DNA of 64,000 nucleotides from an uncultured Acidobacteriaceae bacterium (GTDB taxonomy: Bacteria; Acidobacteriota; Terriglobia; Terriglobales; Acidobacteriaceae), in contig CAWDZV010000003.1 in assembly GCA_963806985.1 (NCBI GenBank), positions 611,277 to 675,276 on the forward strand, read 5' to 3'. A program made the translations under genes and the position numbers. Below, piece by piece: positions 28,844 through 37,117 of the stretch (the stretch's first letter is position 1; each line of letters begins with the position of its first letter). The notes below the pieces were generated by a model. That model was not told the DNA's origin. It saw only the letters and a list, made by a program, of their open reading frames with translations, and did not search any database.

Positions 28844-31054
28844 ATGAAAGAAGATTTGCCCTCGCTTTTCTGGTCGTCTTCCGAGCTAGGCTCTGGTCTC
28901 GAAGCTCTGGCACGCAAGAGCGAACTGCGGCCCTCTTCTGTGCAGGTCCCGAACCCTCCAAGCTCGGTTGCTTCGCTGGATAATACGGCCGCGAGCCGTG
29001 ATGCATTGAGCCAATGGATCGAGTCGGCGGCCAGTTGGCTGGGCTTGGAAGCAGAGCCTTCGGCTGTGCCCTACGAGGGGCTGGAGCAAGTTATAGAGAA
29101 TGCCGGATTGGCGGTGCTGCAAGTGCCAGGAGACGGTTCGGCAAAATTCCTCTTTCTTTTCCCACGACCTGTACCCCGAAAAATTTCTGCTCGAAGAAGG
29201 GGACATATATCGGTGCTTGCTCCCGATCTGCGGACGGTCTCACTGCGGCTAGACGCAGTTCGCACACTGCTCTGTAGCGCATTGGAAGAGACGGTCGCGC
29301 CGGAAGTTGACCGCCTGCTCGACGATGCCGGCATTCCCGAGTCGCGACGTGGGGATGCGCGGGCGGCACTCTTGCTCGAACGTCTGAGGGGCAAGGACGT
29401 GGGCGGCTGCTGGCTGCTTCGTCAGTCACCGGGTGCTCCGTTTTGGAGCCAGGCAAATCGAGCCCACTTGCCGAGACGTTTGGGCACGCTACTGGCGGCC
29501 CATGCAGCCGAATATTTTCTGTTGGTTGTTTCCTGGTGGCTTATCGGGCGTGCTGCGCTTTCAGGACATCTGGACCATGGCTGGTTGCTGGCATGGGCGC
29601 TGATTCTGCTAACCCTGGTTCCTTTTCGAGTATTGAGCACGTGGTTGCAGGGCGTGCTGGCGATCAACGGCGGAATTCTCTTCAAACAGCGACTTCTCTT
29701 TGGCGCACTTCGACTGAGACCCGAGGAAATCCGGCACAAGGGTGTAGGGCAGTTTCTGGGCGAGGTCATGGAGTCGGAAGCCGTCGAGTCACTGGCGCTA
29801 AGTGTCGGGTTTCAGGGCTTGACGGGAGCCATCGAATTGATTGCCGCGGAATTCGTTCTCTCGCGAGGCGTGGGGCGCGGGCTGGAGCTGATTTTATTAC
29901 CGGCGTGGTTTGCGCTTACGCTGCTGCTCGGCGTCCGTTATTTTCGGCAACGGCAGCGGTGGACGGAATCGCGGCTCTCGATGACCAACGATCTGACCGA
30001 ACGAATGGTCGGGCATCGCACACGCCTCGCTCAGGAAGCTCGCCAGAACTGGCACGATGGTGAAGATGAGGAACTGGAGCGCTACCTGGAGATGTCGAGA
30101 AAGATGGACGGCGCGGCCGCGCTGCTTATGGCTCTCGCTCCGCGCGGCTGGCTGCTGCTCGGGATGCTTGGTTTGACCGGAGCATTTGCCGCCAGCCAAG
30201 GTCTAAACATTAGACTCGCAATTTCTCTTGGCGGAATCCTGCTGGCGTATCGCGCGCTGAAAAGACTTTCCTTAGGCCTGATTGCTCTCGCCGACGCTAT
30301 TATTTCGTGGCAACAGGTTGCTCCACTGTTTCAGGCAGCGGGCAGAACGCAATTGCAGGGGTCTCCCGCAGTCGCTCTTACGCCTGCCGCTGGCGAGGAT
30401 GACGTCCGAAACGATGCCGTCAGAAATGCTGAGCGCGGAAACCAGGCGGTGATGGAGGCTCACGATCTTGTTTTTCGCTATCAGGAGCGGGGCGAGCCAG
30501 TGTTGAAAGGATGCAGCCTGAGGGTTTGTCCCGGCGACAGGCTTCTGTTGGAGGGGTCGTCGGGCGGAGGTAAATCCACATTGGCGTCGCTGCTTGTCGG
30601 CTTACGAGTGCCGCAATCAGGCCTGCTCTTGCTTCGTGGGCTGGACCGGCAAACGCTTGGTGACGAAGGCTGGCGTCAGCGCGTTGTCTCCGCGCCCCAA
30701 TTCCATGAGAACCATGTGCTCACAGAAACCTTCGCCTTCAACCTTTTAATGGGCCGCCGCTGGCCGCCGCACGAAGAGGATATGCGGGAAGCGTCGGCGA
30801 TTTGCCGCGAACTCGGTCTTGAGCCCCTGCTCAGCAAGATGCCGGCGGGAATGTTGCAAATGGTTGGGGAGACAGGCTGGCAGCTCTCGCACGGGGAACG
30901 CAGCCGGGTTTACATCGCCCGGGCGCTGCTCCAGCGCGCGGAGGTGGTGATTTTCGACGAGAGCTTTGCCGCGCTCGATCCGGAAAATGTTAAGCTGGCA
31001 CTCGGCTGTGTGCTGCGCCGGGCGCGGACTTTGCTCGTGGTGGCACATCCGTGA
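28844..31054 (+). CDS. ABC transporter permease/ATPase without peptidase residues (second subunit of the exporter)
   Basis: Has a 200-aa N-terminal domain of unknown type, then a TMD. Motifs are Walker A GSSGGGKST, signature LSHGERSRV and Walker B VVIFDES. Confidence 0.75.
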   Translation: MKEDLPSLFWSSSELGSGLEALARKSELRPSSVQVPNPPSSVASLDNTAASRDALSQWIESAASWLGLEAEPSAVPYEGLEQVIENAGLAVLQVPGDGSAKFLFLFPRPVPRKISARRRGHISVLAPDLRTVSLRLDAVRTLLCSALEETVAPEVDRLLDDAGIPESRRGDARAALLLERLRGKDVGGCWLLRQSPGAPFWSQANRAHLPRRLGTLLAAHAAEYFLLVVSWWLIGRAALSGHLDHGWLLAWALILLTLVPFRVLSTWLQGVLAINGGILFKQRLLFGALRLRPEEIRHKGVGQFLGEVMESEAVESLALSVGFQGLTGAIELIAAEFVLSRGVGRGLELILLPAWFALTLLLGVRYFRQRQRWTESRLSMTNDLTERMVGHRTRLAQEARQNWHDGEDEELERYLEMSRKMDGAAALLMALAPRGWLLLGMLGLTGAFAASQGLNIRLAISLGGILLAYRALKRLSLGLIALADAIISWQQVAPLFQAAGRTQLQGSPAVALTPAAGEDDVRNDAVRNAERGNQAVMEAHDLVFRYQERGEPVLKGCSLRVCPGDRLLLEGSSGGGKSTLASLLVGLRVPQSGLLLLRGLDRQTLGDEGWRQRVVSAPQFHENHVLTETFAFNLLMGRRWPPHEEDMREASAICRELGLEPLLSKMPAGMLQMVGETGWQLSHGERSRVYIARALLQRAEVVIFDESFAALDPENVKLALGCVLRRARTLLVVAHP

Positions 31055-31144
31055 GAGCTTTCTTCAAAAGTAGATTAGAATTGCAGCCCTCACAGGTTGG
31101 CCGTTAAGAGGCTATCTAAAGACGTTTATCCAAGAGGTTCAAAC

Positions 31145-33721
31145 ATGGTCGGCAAGACACTTCGCTCCTATCGCATTGAGTCGAAACTCGGTGCCGGTGG
31201 AATGGGTGTCGTTTATAAGGCCGTGGACTCGCGCCTCGACCGGATGGCCGCCATCAAGGTGCTGGTCGCCTCCGCAGTCAGCGCCGACCGGGAAAAACGA
31301 TTCACTCAGGAAGCTAAGACTGCATCTTCGCTGAACCACGCGAACATCGTCACCATCTATGACATCGACACACAGGAGATAGATGGCAAGCCGGTTCACT
31401 ACATCGCCATGGAGTACGTGGCCGGCGAAACGCTCGATCATTTGATCGGGCGCAAAGGGCTGCGCGTGCGTACCGCGCTGAAGTATGCGGCGCAGATTGC
31501 CGATGCGCTGGCCGCTGCACACGCCGCAGGCATCGTCCACCGCGATCTGAAGCCCTCGAATGTGATGGTGACGCCGCAAGAGGTGGTGAAGGTTCTTGAT
31601 TTCGGCCTGGCCAAGTTGAACGAAGAGACCGAAGCCGATGCTTTTGCGGAAACGATCCATGGCGATGGCGCTCCTCTTACGGAAGAGGGGACGATTCTTG
31701 GCACGGTCGCCTATATGTCGCCGGAGCAGGCGGAAGGCAAGAAAGTTGATGCCCGTTCGGACATTTTTTCGTTCGGCTCGATGCTTTACGAAATGCTGAC
31801 AGGGCAGCGTGCCTTCACGGGCGGGTCTAAACTGGCGTCTCTTTCGGCAGTCTTGCATCAGGAGCCGCAACCTGCTTCGCAGACGGTTGCAGACCTTCCG
31901 CCGGAATTGGAACGGATCATCGCGCGGTGCATGAAGAAGGACCCAGCGCGCCGATGGCAGAGCATGGCCGACGTGAAGGTCGCTTTGGAGGAGTTGCGGG
32001 AGGAGACGGAATCAAGCAGCGTCGACCAAACGAGACCCAGTTTAGCGACTGGGGGAAAGCGTACGGCGCTCCCGGCCAAACGCTGGCTGGTCCTAGCCGT
32101 TGTGGGTCTGCTTCTGGTGGGACTTGTCGTTGGTGCATACTCGGCGCGAAGGTACTTGCGCGCAGAGCCACTCACGTTCCAACGGGTAACCTTTCGGCGA
32201 GGCGACGTCACGGCAGCGAGGTTTGGTCCGGGCGATGAAATTATTTATAGCGCCAAGTGGGACGGAGGTCCATCGACGCTATTCTCCACCCAGCCGGGAA
32301 ATCGTGAAGCCCGGCCGTTAGGCCTTCCGACGAGTCAGATTTTAGCAATCTCCCACACCGGCGAAATGGCGATTCTGCTGGGCGATGAAGATATAGGGAC
32401 ACTGGCGCGTGTGCCCTTCAGCGGAGGCGCGCCTCGTGAAATGCTGGAGAATGTCAGCGGGGCGGACTGGAGTCCCAGTGGAGACACATTGGCGGTGGTG
32501 CGATCGATCAGGGGAAAAAATCGGCTCGAATATCCCATAGGGACTGTGCTGTATGAAAACGATGCGCGCCCGCCACTTGCGCCACGAGTGTCCGCCGACG
32601 GCAAACTTGTGGCTTTTTTCGACTTCGATGTGGAGGTGGGAGATTACTCGTTATGCGTGGTTGGTTCTAATCGGCCGAAGCAGGTTCTTTCCCGGGGATG
32701 GCGGACGGTGAGTCACTCGCTGAGTTGGTCTCCGAGCGGAGATGAGATCTGGTTTGCCGCCGGCCAGCCGGGCAGCGATCCCGCGCTCTACGCGGTGACT
32801 CTTTCAGGCAAGCAGCGGCTTCTGGCTCAGACTCCTGGCGTGATTGTGATGCAGGATTTGGCCGCCGATGGCCGCGTGCTGCTGAGCACGGTCAACTCTC
32901 GACTTGGCATTCGTTATGTCGACTTCGAACATTCCACCGAGCGCGATCTCGCATGGCTGGACGCTTCCATGCTCTTTGAGATGTCCAATGACGGGAAGAG
33001 CCTGGTGTTTGTGGAGCTCTCTTACGGCGAAGGGCGCAATGCAGCAATCTATTTGCGTAAGACCGATGGGTCCCCCGCGGTAAGACTGGGGTATGGCAAC
33101 CGGCCTTCGCTCTCGCCGGATGGAAAGTGGGTAGTGTGCATCCGTCGCGATGCCGCGCGCGCACGCTTGATGCTGCTGCCGACGGGGCCGGGGGAATCGC
33201 GCTTTCTGAACGTCGAGGGAGTGTACTTCGAGTCGCTCGGGTGGTTCCCGGATAGCAAGCGGGTTGTCTTTACCGGGAATGAGCAGGGACATCCGGTTCG
33301 GACGTGGATCTACGATCTGGACTCCGACAAAGCCACGCCACTTACGACGGAGGGGACGAGAGGCGGCCCAGTTTCTCCGGACGGCCGCTGGTTCGTGATT
33401 GCCGATGTGCATCAGTTATCGCTCGCGCCGGTTACGGGGGGAGCGCCGCGCAAGATAGCCCAGTTGCAGAATGGCGAGGAGGTGGTGAGGTGGAGCGGGG
33501 ATGGACGCTATCTTTTTCTGCGGCAGCCGGAAGAGGATACAGAGAAGATCAGCCGGCTCGAGGTCGCCAATGGGCGCAAAGAACCCTGGCGGACGCTGAA
33601 GGTTCCCGAGCCGGGCGCCGAATTTCTAGGACTCCTCGCACTGTCGGAGGATGGGAAGGAATGCGCTTTCTCCTTTCAGCATGATCTGGCTAACCTCTAT
33701 CTGGTAAAGGGACTGCAGTGA
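31145..33721 (+). CDS. Hanks-type Ser/Thr protein kinase with one TM helix and a periplasmic TolB-like (PD40) beta-propeller
   Basis: Kinase motifs are GAGGMGVVYKA, HRDLKPSN, DFGLA and TVAYMSPEQ. The TM helix is WLVLAVVGLLLVGLVVGAY. Repeated SPDGK/SADGK/SGDGR PD40-like blocks follow. Confidence 0.85.
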   Translation: MVGKTLRSYRIESKLGAGGMGVVYKAVDSRLDRMAAIKVLVASAVSADREKRFTQEAKTASSLNHANIVTIYDIDTQEIDGKPVHYIAMEYVAGETLDHLIGRKGLRVRTALKYAAQIADALAAAHAAGIVHRDLKPSNVMVTPQEVVKVLDFGLAKLNEETEADAFAETIHGDGAPLTEEGTILGTVAYMSPEQAEGKKVDARSDIFSFGSMLYEMLTGQRAFTGGSKLASLSAVLHQEPQPASQTVADLPPELERIIARCMKKDPARRWQSMADVKVALEELREETESSSVDQTRPSLATGGKRTALPAKRWLVLAVVGLLLVGLVVGAYSARRYLRAEPLTFQRVTFRRGDVTAARFGPGDEIIYSAKWDGGPSTLFSTQPGNREARPLGLPTSQILAISHTGEMAILLGDEDIGTLARVPFSGGAPREMLENVSGADWSPSGDTLAVVRSIRGKNRLEYPIGTVLYENDARPPLAPRVSADGKLVAFFDFDVEVGDYSLCVVGSNRPKQVLSRGWRTVSHSLSWSPSGDEIWFAAGQPGSDPALYAVTLSGKQRLLAQTPGVIVMQDLAADGRVLLSTVNSRLGIRYVDFEHSTERDLAWLDASMLFEMSNDGKSLVFVELSYGEGRNAAIYLRKTDGSPAVRLGYGNRPSLSPDGKWVVCIRRDAARARLMLLPTGPGESRFLNVEGVYFESLGWFPDSKRVVFTGNEQGHPVRTWIYDLDSDKATPLTTEGTRGGPVSPDGRWFVIADVHQLSLAPVTGGAPRKIAQLQNGEEVVRWSGDGRYLFLRQPEEDTEKISRLEVANGRKEPWRTLKVPEPGAEFLGLLALSEDGKECAFSFQHDLANLYLVKGLQ

Positions 33722-33817
33722 GTCATGAATCAATGAAAGCGGTGCGTTCTCGCGCAGCCAGAGATATGCTCGCCGCAGCGGGGCGAGGACGCCCGGCGCT
33801 CCATTGCGGGAGTCGGT

Positions 33818-35770
33818 TTATGCGCGACGCTGGCGCTTGGGCGTGAGATTCAGGGTCCGGATCAGACGGAACAGATGGTTGGGATGCACGCCGAGGATGC
33901 CAGCCGCGTCCGTATAGTTGCCATCGGCCTGCTCGATCGCCTGCTCGATGAGTTTCTTCTTGGCCTCGCGGATGCCGTCGTGCAGCGCCGTAATTGGCTC
34001 GCCGGAAGAAGATGCTGTTTCTTCCAGGATCGAATCGGGCAGGTCTTCGGGCAGGATCAATTCCGTCGAACCCAATACCACCGCTCGTTCGATGGCATTT
34101 TCGAGTTCGCGCACGTTGCCCGGCCAAGGATAGCGCAGCAGGCAGGCCCGCGCCTTCGGAGATATGCCGGCGACGCGGCGCTTTACTCTTTCGCTATAGC
34201 GAGCCGTGAAGAAGGCTGCCAGCATCGGGATATCTTCGGTACGTTCCCGCAAGGGAGGAATCTTGATGGAGACCACGTTGAGCCGGTAATAAAGGTCTTG
34301 CCGAAATTTTCCGTTGCGTGACGCTTCGTTGAGGTCCACATTGGTGGCGGTAATCAGCCGGATATCGAGTTTAATTGGGCGCGTGCCGCCTACGCGTTCG
34401 AACTCGCGCTCCTGCAAAACCCGCAATAGCTTGGCTTGCAGGGAATGGGCGAGCTCGCCGATCTCATCGAGAAACACTGTGCCACCCTCGGCGGTTTCCA
34501 GCTTTCCTTTTTTCTGGCCAACGGCGCCGGTGAATGCCCCTTTCTCGTGGCCAAAGAGTTCACTCTCCAGCAGAGTATCGACTATAGCCGCACAATTGAT
34601 GGCCACAAATGGCCGGTCGGCACGGCCGCTGTTGCTATGAATGGCACGGGCAACCAGTTCTTTTCCCGTGCCGCTCTCGCCATGGATGAGGATGGTCGAT
34701 TCGCGCGGCGCCACCCGCGAGACAAACTGATAGACCTCGCGCATGGGCTGGCTTTCGCCAACCATGCTGTGTTGTATGTTAAGTTCCTGCTGCAGGCGGC
34801 GATTCTCATCTCCGAGCCGTTCCAGGTGGCTCGCGTTTTCGATCGCGAGCGCGGCCACGTTTCCGAGCGCGGTCACCAATTGCAACAGAGCCGAATCGAA
34901 AGGAGCGGCGTGCGAAGTGGTATCCAGATAGAGCGCGCCCAGGATTTTGTCCTGCACCTCGAGTGGAACGGCTAGCACGGCATGCACCTGAGGTTCGATC
35001 AGGCTCTCCGCCACACGAAACGCCTCGTCGCCTGGAACATCGTTGCAGAGCACCGCCAGATTCTCTTTGATGACCTGGTTCAGAATTGTTTGGCTGACTT
35101 GAATCGGTTGATTCGGGCCCAGTCGCCGGTCCCAACCGACTACGGAGGTGAATCCTTCAGCTCCCTCTTCGGTCAACAGTATGGCGGCTCGGTCGGCGGA
35201 AGAGATTTCGAGGACCGCTTCCAGGGCTTTCTGCTGAAGCGCAGCTAAGCCACGGACCGAGTTCAGACTGGTGCTGAAGTTGAGAAGAACGTTCAAATCG
35301 CGAACCGTGCGCTCGGTGGCCCCCAGCGTGCGGAGCCGTGCGGGCTGCAGATAAATGGCATCCTGCTTGCGCAATATCACTGTGGCTCCGCCGGGCGTTG
35401 GGGCGGAATTAAACTCCACCGAGGAATTATCGTGAGAATTTTCCAGAGACAAACCCTGGAATACCAAAATTGATTTACCGATCCGTATCTGGTCGCCGTT
35501 CGTCAGCCGTCTCTCTTTGACGGGCACATCGTTCACGAAAGTACTATTTCTGCTGTCCAAATCCTCGAGCAGAAAGCCTTCGCCGTCCCTGCGAATCACG
35601 CAATGCCGCCGCGATGCCAGCGAGTCCAGCAGCGAAATCTGGTTGGAGGGATCACGACCGATCGATAATTCATCGTCGGTGAGGGGAAAAGTTCGGCCAT
35701 GGAGTGGTCCAGCCACTGCTTCGAGCCGGGCAGGGCTCGAGGAAACCCCCTCTGAATCGTGATTTGTCAC
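33818..35770 (-). CDS. Sigma54-dependent enhancer-binding protein with FHA-GAF-AAA+-HTH architecture
   Basis: The FHA block is [23 protein letters not shown]...NSTFVN, followed by a GAF segment. AAA+ motifs are GESGTGKE and the sigma54-contact GAFTGA. A C-terminal Fis-type HTH is present. The start is GTG. Confidence 0.85.
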   Translation of the reverse strand: MTNHDSEGVSSSPARLEAVAGPLHGRTFPLTDDELSIGRDPSNQISLLDSLASRRHCVIRRDGEGFLLEDLDSRNSTFVNDVPVKERRLTNGDQIRIGKSILVFQGLSLENSHDNSSVEFNSAPTPGGATVILRKQDAIYLQPARLRTLGATERTVRDLNVLLNFSTSLNSVRGLAALQQKALEAVLEISSADRAAILLTEEGAEGFTSVVGWDRRLGPNQPIQVSQTILNQVIKENLAVLCNDVPGDEAFRVAESLIEPQVHAVLAVPLEVQDKILGALYLDTTSHAAPFDSALLQLVTALGNVAALAIENASHLERLGDENRRLQQELNIQHSMVGESQPMREVYQFVSRVAPRESTILIHGESGTGKELVARAIHSNSGRADRPFVAINCAAIVDTLLESELFGHEKGAFTGAVGQKKGKLETAEGGTVFLDEIGELAHSLQAKLLRVLQEREFERVGGTRPIKLDIRLITATNVDLNEASRNGKFRQDLYYRLNVVSIKIPPLRERTEDIPMLAAFFTARYSERVKRRVAGISPKARACLLRYPWPGNVRELENAIERAVVLGSTELILPEDLPDSILEETASSSGEPITALHDGIREAKKKLIEQAIEQADGNYTDAAGILGVHPNHLFRLIRTLNLTPKRQRRA

Positions 35771-35799
35771 TCGATGAGTATACCAACCGTCGATTTCGT

Positions 35800-35820
35800 G
35801 CGCTTTCTAACATAGATGCG
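35800..35820. promoter_or_regulatory. Candidate upstream activator site, box 1 (GCGCTTTCTAACATAGATGCG)
   Basis: A 21-nt box about 140 bp upstream of sigma54 promoter 1. It matches a box at 36496-36516 about 150 bp upstream of promoter 2 at 18 of 21 positions. Confidence 0.4.
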
Positions 35821-35949
35821 TGATCGCGAAGCGGAAGCGCTAGGTTTTCACGAATAGAGCGGCGCTCACCAAAGAACCGACCATCGTTTTCTCCCGTGGT
35901 TTCAATAAGAAAAACAGACGATGCCAGGAAGGAACTCAGTGGTTACTTT

Positions 35950-35965
35950 TGGCACACAGCTTGCA
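35950..35965 (+). promoter_or_regulatory. Sigma54 (-24/-12) promoter 1
   Basis: The sequence TGGCACacagcTTGCA matches TGGCAC-N5-TTGCW exactly. It is divergent from the EBP gene and lies about 65 nt upstream of micro-ORF 1. Confidence 0.8.
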
Positions 35966-36028
35966 TTACTTAAGTGCGTTACCGCAACTTGAAAGGCCAA
36001 ACAAAGTCCGAAAGAAAGGAGCACTCCG

Positions 36029-36079
36029 ATGAAAGTCAAGACGAACATGAAGGCTGGCAGCGCACTGTGGGGCAGCTAG
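36029..36079 (+). CDS. Micro-ORF 1, 16 aa: MKVKTNMKAGSALWGS
   Basis: AAGGAG lies 7 nt upstream of the ATG and the stop is TAG. It is one of five conserved copies whose differences are mostly synonymous. Confidence 0.65.
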   Translation: MKVKTNMKAGSALWGS

Positions 36080-36148
36080 AAGTCCGAAAAGATCGACCAT
36101 TAAACAAAGGCTTTAGGAAGCGAAAATCTCAGGAAAGGAGCAACCCCT

Positions 36149-36199
36149 ATGAAGGTTAAAACGAATGCAAGAGCGGGCAACGCGTTGTGGGGCGGCTAA
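36149..36199 (+). CDS. Micro-ORF 2, 16 aa: MKVKTNARAGNALWGG
   Basis: AAGGAG SD, ATG start and TAA stop. Against micro-ORF 1 it shows 7 synonymous and 4 conservative replacement differences. Confidence 0.65.
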   Translation: MKVKTNARAGNALWGG

Positions 36200-36267
36200 T
36201 GCTGAAAGTTTTTTTAAACAATCGAAAACTGACAGGCTCATTTAAGAACTCGCTAGCAACAAGAGAA

Positions 36268-36341
36268 GGACGCTCCAAAGGTTGGTGAACACTGGGCTTC
36301 GCAATACCCAGCATCGCCTTTTGGAGTGTCCTCTATTTTTT
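36268..36341 (+). terminator. Probable intrinsic terminator of micro-ORF module 1
   Basis: ggacgctccaaagg pairs with ccttttggagtgtcc and encloses the inner hairpin ctgggc..cccag. The tract tctaTTTTTTg follows. Confidence 0.55.
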
Positions 36342-36495
36342 GCTGCTCTAACGTTCTAACGGGTGCCATTCGAGCGAACTTATCTTCGTGGCCAAAGTCA
36401 CCCATAAGAGATCCCAAGGGTGTCTCGTTCCCCTAGCAGCCCGCCTTTCAGGGTGGTCTGGCTGCGCGCGGCGAGCGCAAGCAACCAGCGGTCTC

Positions 36496-36516
36496 GCGCT
36501 ACCTAACATAAATGCG
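36496..36516. promoter_or_regulatory. Candidate upstream activator site, box 2 (GCGCTACCTAACATAAATGCG)
   Basis: Matches box 1 and occupies a comparable position relative to sigma54 promoter 2. Extra TCTAAC/GTTAGA words occur at about 36345-36362, 36534-36540 and 36634-36640. Confidence 0.4.
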
Positions 36517-36656
36517 AGTTCAGCAAGCCGAATTGTTAGATCGTCTGGCGAGGGGGGACGATGAAGGCCAGAGGCTGAGTAGCCTGACGCTGTGTATCTC
36601 TTTTGTTTTCAATGCGGGAGCAGGTGTCGATATTGTTAGAAACCCGCTGTTACTTT

Positions 36657-36672
36657 TGGCACACCGCATGCA
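36657..36672 (+). promoter_or_regulatory. Sigma54 (-24/-12) promoter 2
   Basis: The sequence is TGGCACaccgcATGCA, with the same GG-to-GC spacing as promoter 1. The flanks are conserved (ttacttt upstream and ttact downstream). Confidence 0.75.
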
Positions 36673-36732
36673 TTACTAAAGTGCATGAAGGCAAGTGGAA
36701 AACAAAAAAATTCAGAAGAAAGGAGCAATCCG

Positions 36733-36783
36733 ATGAAAGTCAAGACGAACATGAAGGCCGGCAGCGCACTGTGGGGCAGCTAA
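36733..36783 (+). CDS. Micro-ORF 3, 16 aa: MKVKTNMKAGSALWGS
   Basis: AAGGAG SD, ATG start and TAA stop. It differs from micro-ORF 1 by one synonymous change (GCT to GCC). Confidence 0.65.
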   Translation: MKVKTNMKAGSALWGS

Positions 36784-36860
36784 TTCAAGGGTTCCCAAAA
36801 ACCGTGAATTGAGTTTAGAAGCAACTGAGCACGGAAAAATCCCACGAAAGGAGCAATCCG

Positions 36861-36911
36861 ATGAAAGTCAAGACGAACATGAAGGCTGGCAGCGCACTGT
36901 GGGGCAGCTAA
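36861..36911 (+). CDS. Micro-ORF 4, 16 aa: MKVKTNMKAGSALWGS
   Basis: AAGGAG SD, ATG start and TAA stop. Its coding sequence is identical to micro-ORF 1. Confidence 0.65.
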   Translation: MKVKTNMKAGSALWGS

Positions 36912-36993
36912 CTTAACAGTTTATAACGAGTTGATAGCTAGAGAAACAGGCAGCGAAGCGATCTAACAAATCCCCGGATAAGGAGCCAGTCCA

Positions 36994-37044
36994 ATGAAAG
37001 TTAAGACGAACACGAAAGCGGGCAACGCATTGTGGGGGAGCTAA
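36994..37044 (+). CDS. Micro-ORF 5, 16 aa: MKVKTNTKAGNALWGS
   Basis: AAGGAG SD, ATG start and TAA stop. Against micro-ORF 1 it shows 5 synonymous and 2 replacement differences. Confidence 0.65.
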   Translation: MKVKTNTKAGNALWGS

Positions 37045-37117
37045 GTTCAACGGCTTACCTGAACCGAACAAAATCAGTATCGCGTATCGAGAAGTTTCAA
37101 GAATTAGAAGCATAAGG

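Noticed and set aside
36079-36110. Stop-codon read-through or recoding that would extend the micro-ORFs into a cargo region after the GG/GS terminus.
   Set aside because: The in-frame sequence after each stop hits another stop within about 8 codons. It is also not conserved between copies (for example KSEKIDH after ORF1 vs FKGSQKP after ORF3).
35974-36812. ORF-track entries 35974-36159 (61 aa) and 36603-36812 (69 aa), which span the micro-ORF clusters.
   Set aside because: They read the repeats in a different frame (repeated SDESQDEHEG strings) and have no SD. They also do not explain why conservation is confined to 48-nt blocks bounded by SD/ATG and a stop. The 16-codon frame explains the synonymous-substitution pattern.
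36000-37050. Possible CRISPR array, considered because similar units of about 50-70 nt recur with a period of 120-133 nt.
   Set aside because: The repeats are not identical, and their variation is mostly at synonymous codon positions. Each unit has an SD, ATG and stop. The units form two separated clusters, each with a sigma54 promoter. No cas genes or leader are present.
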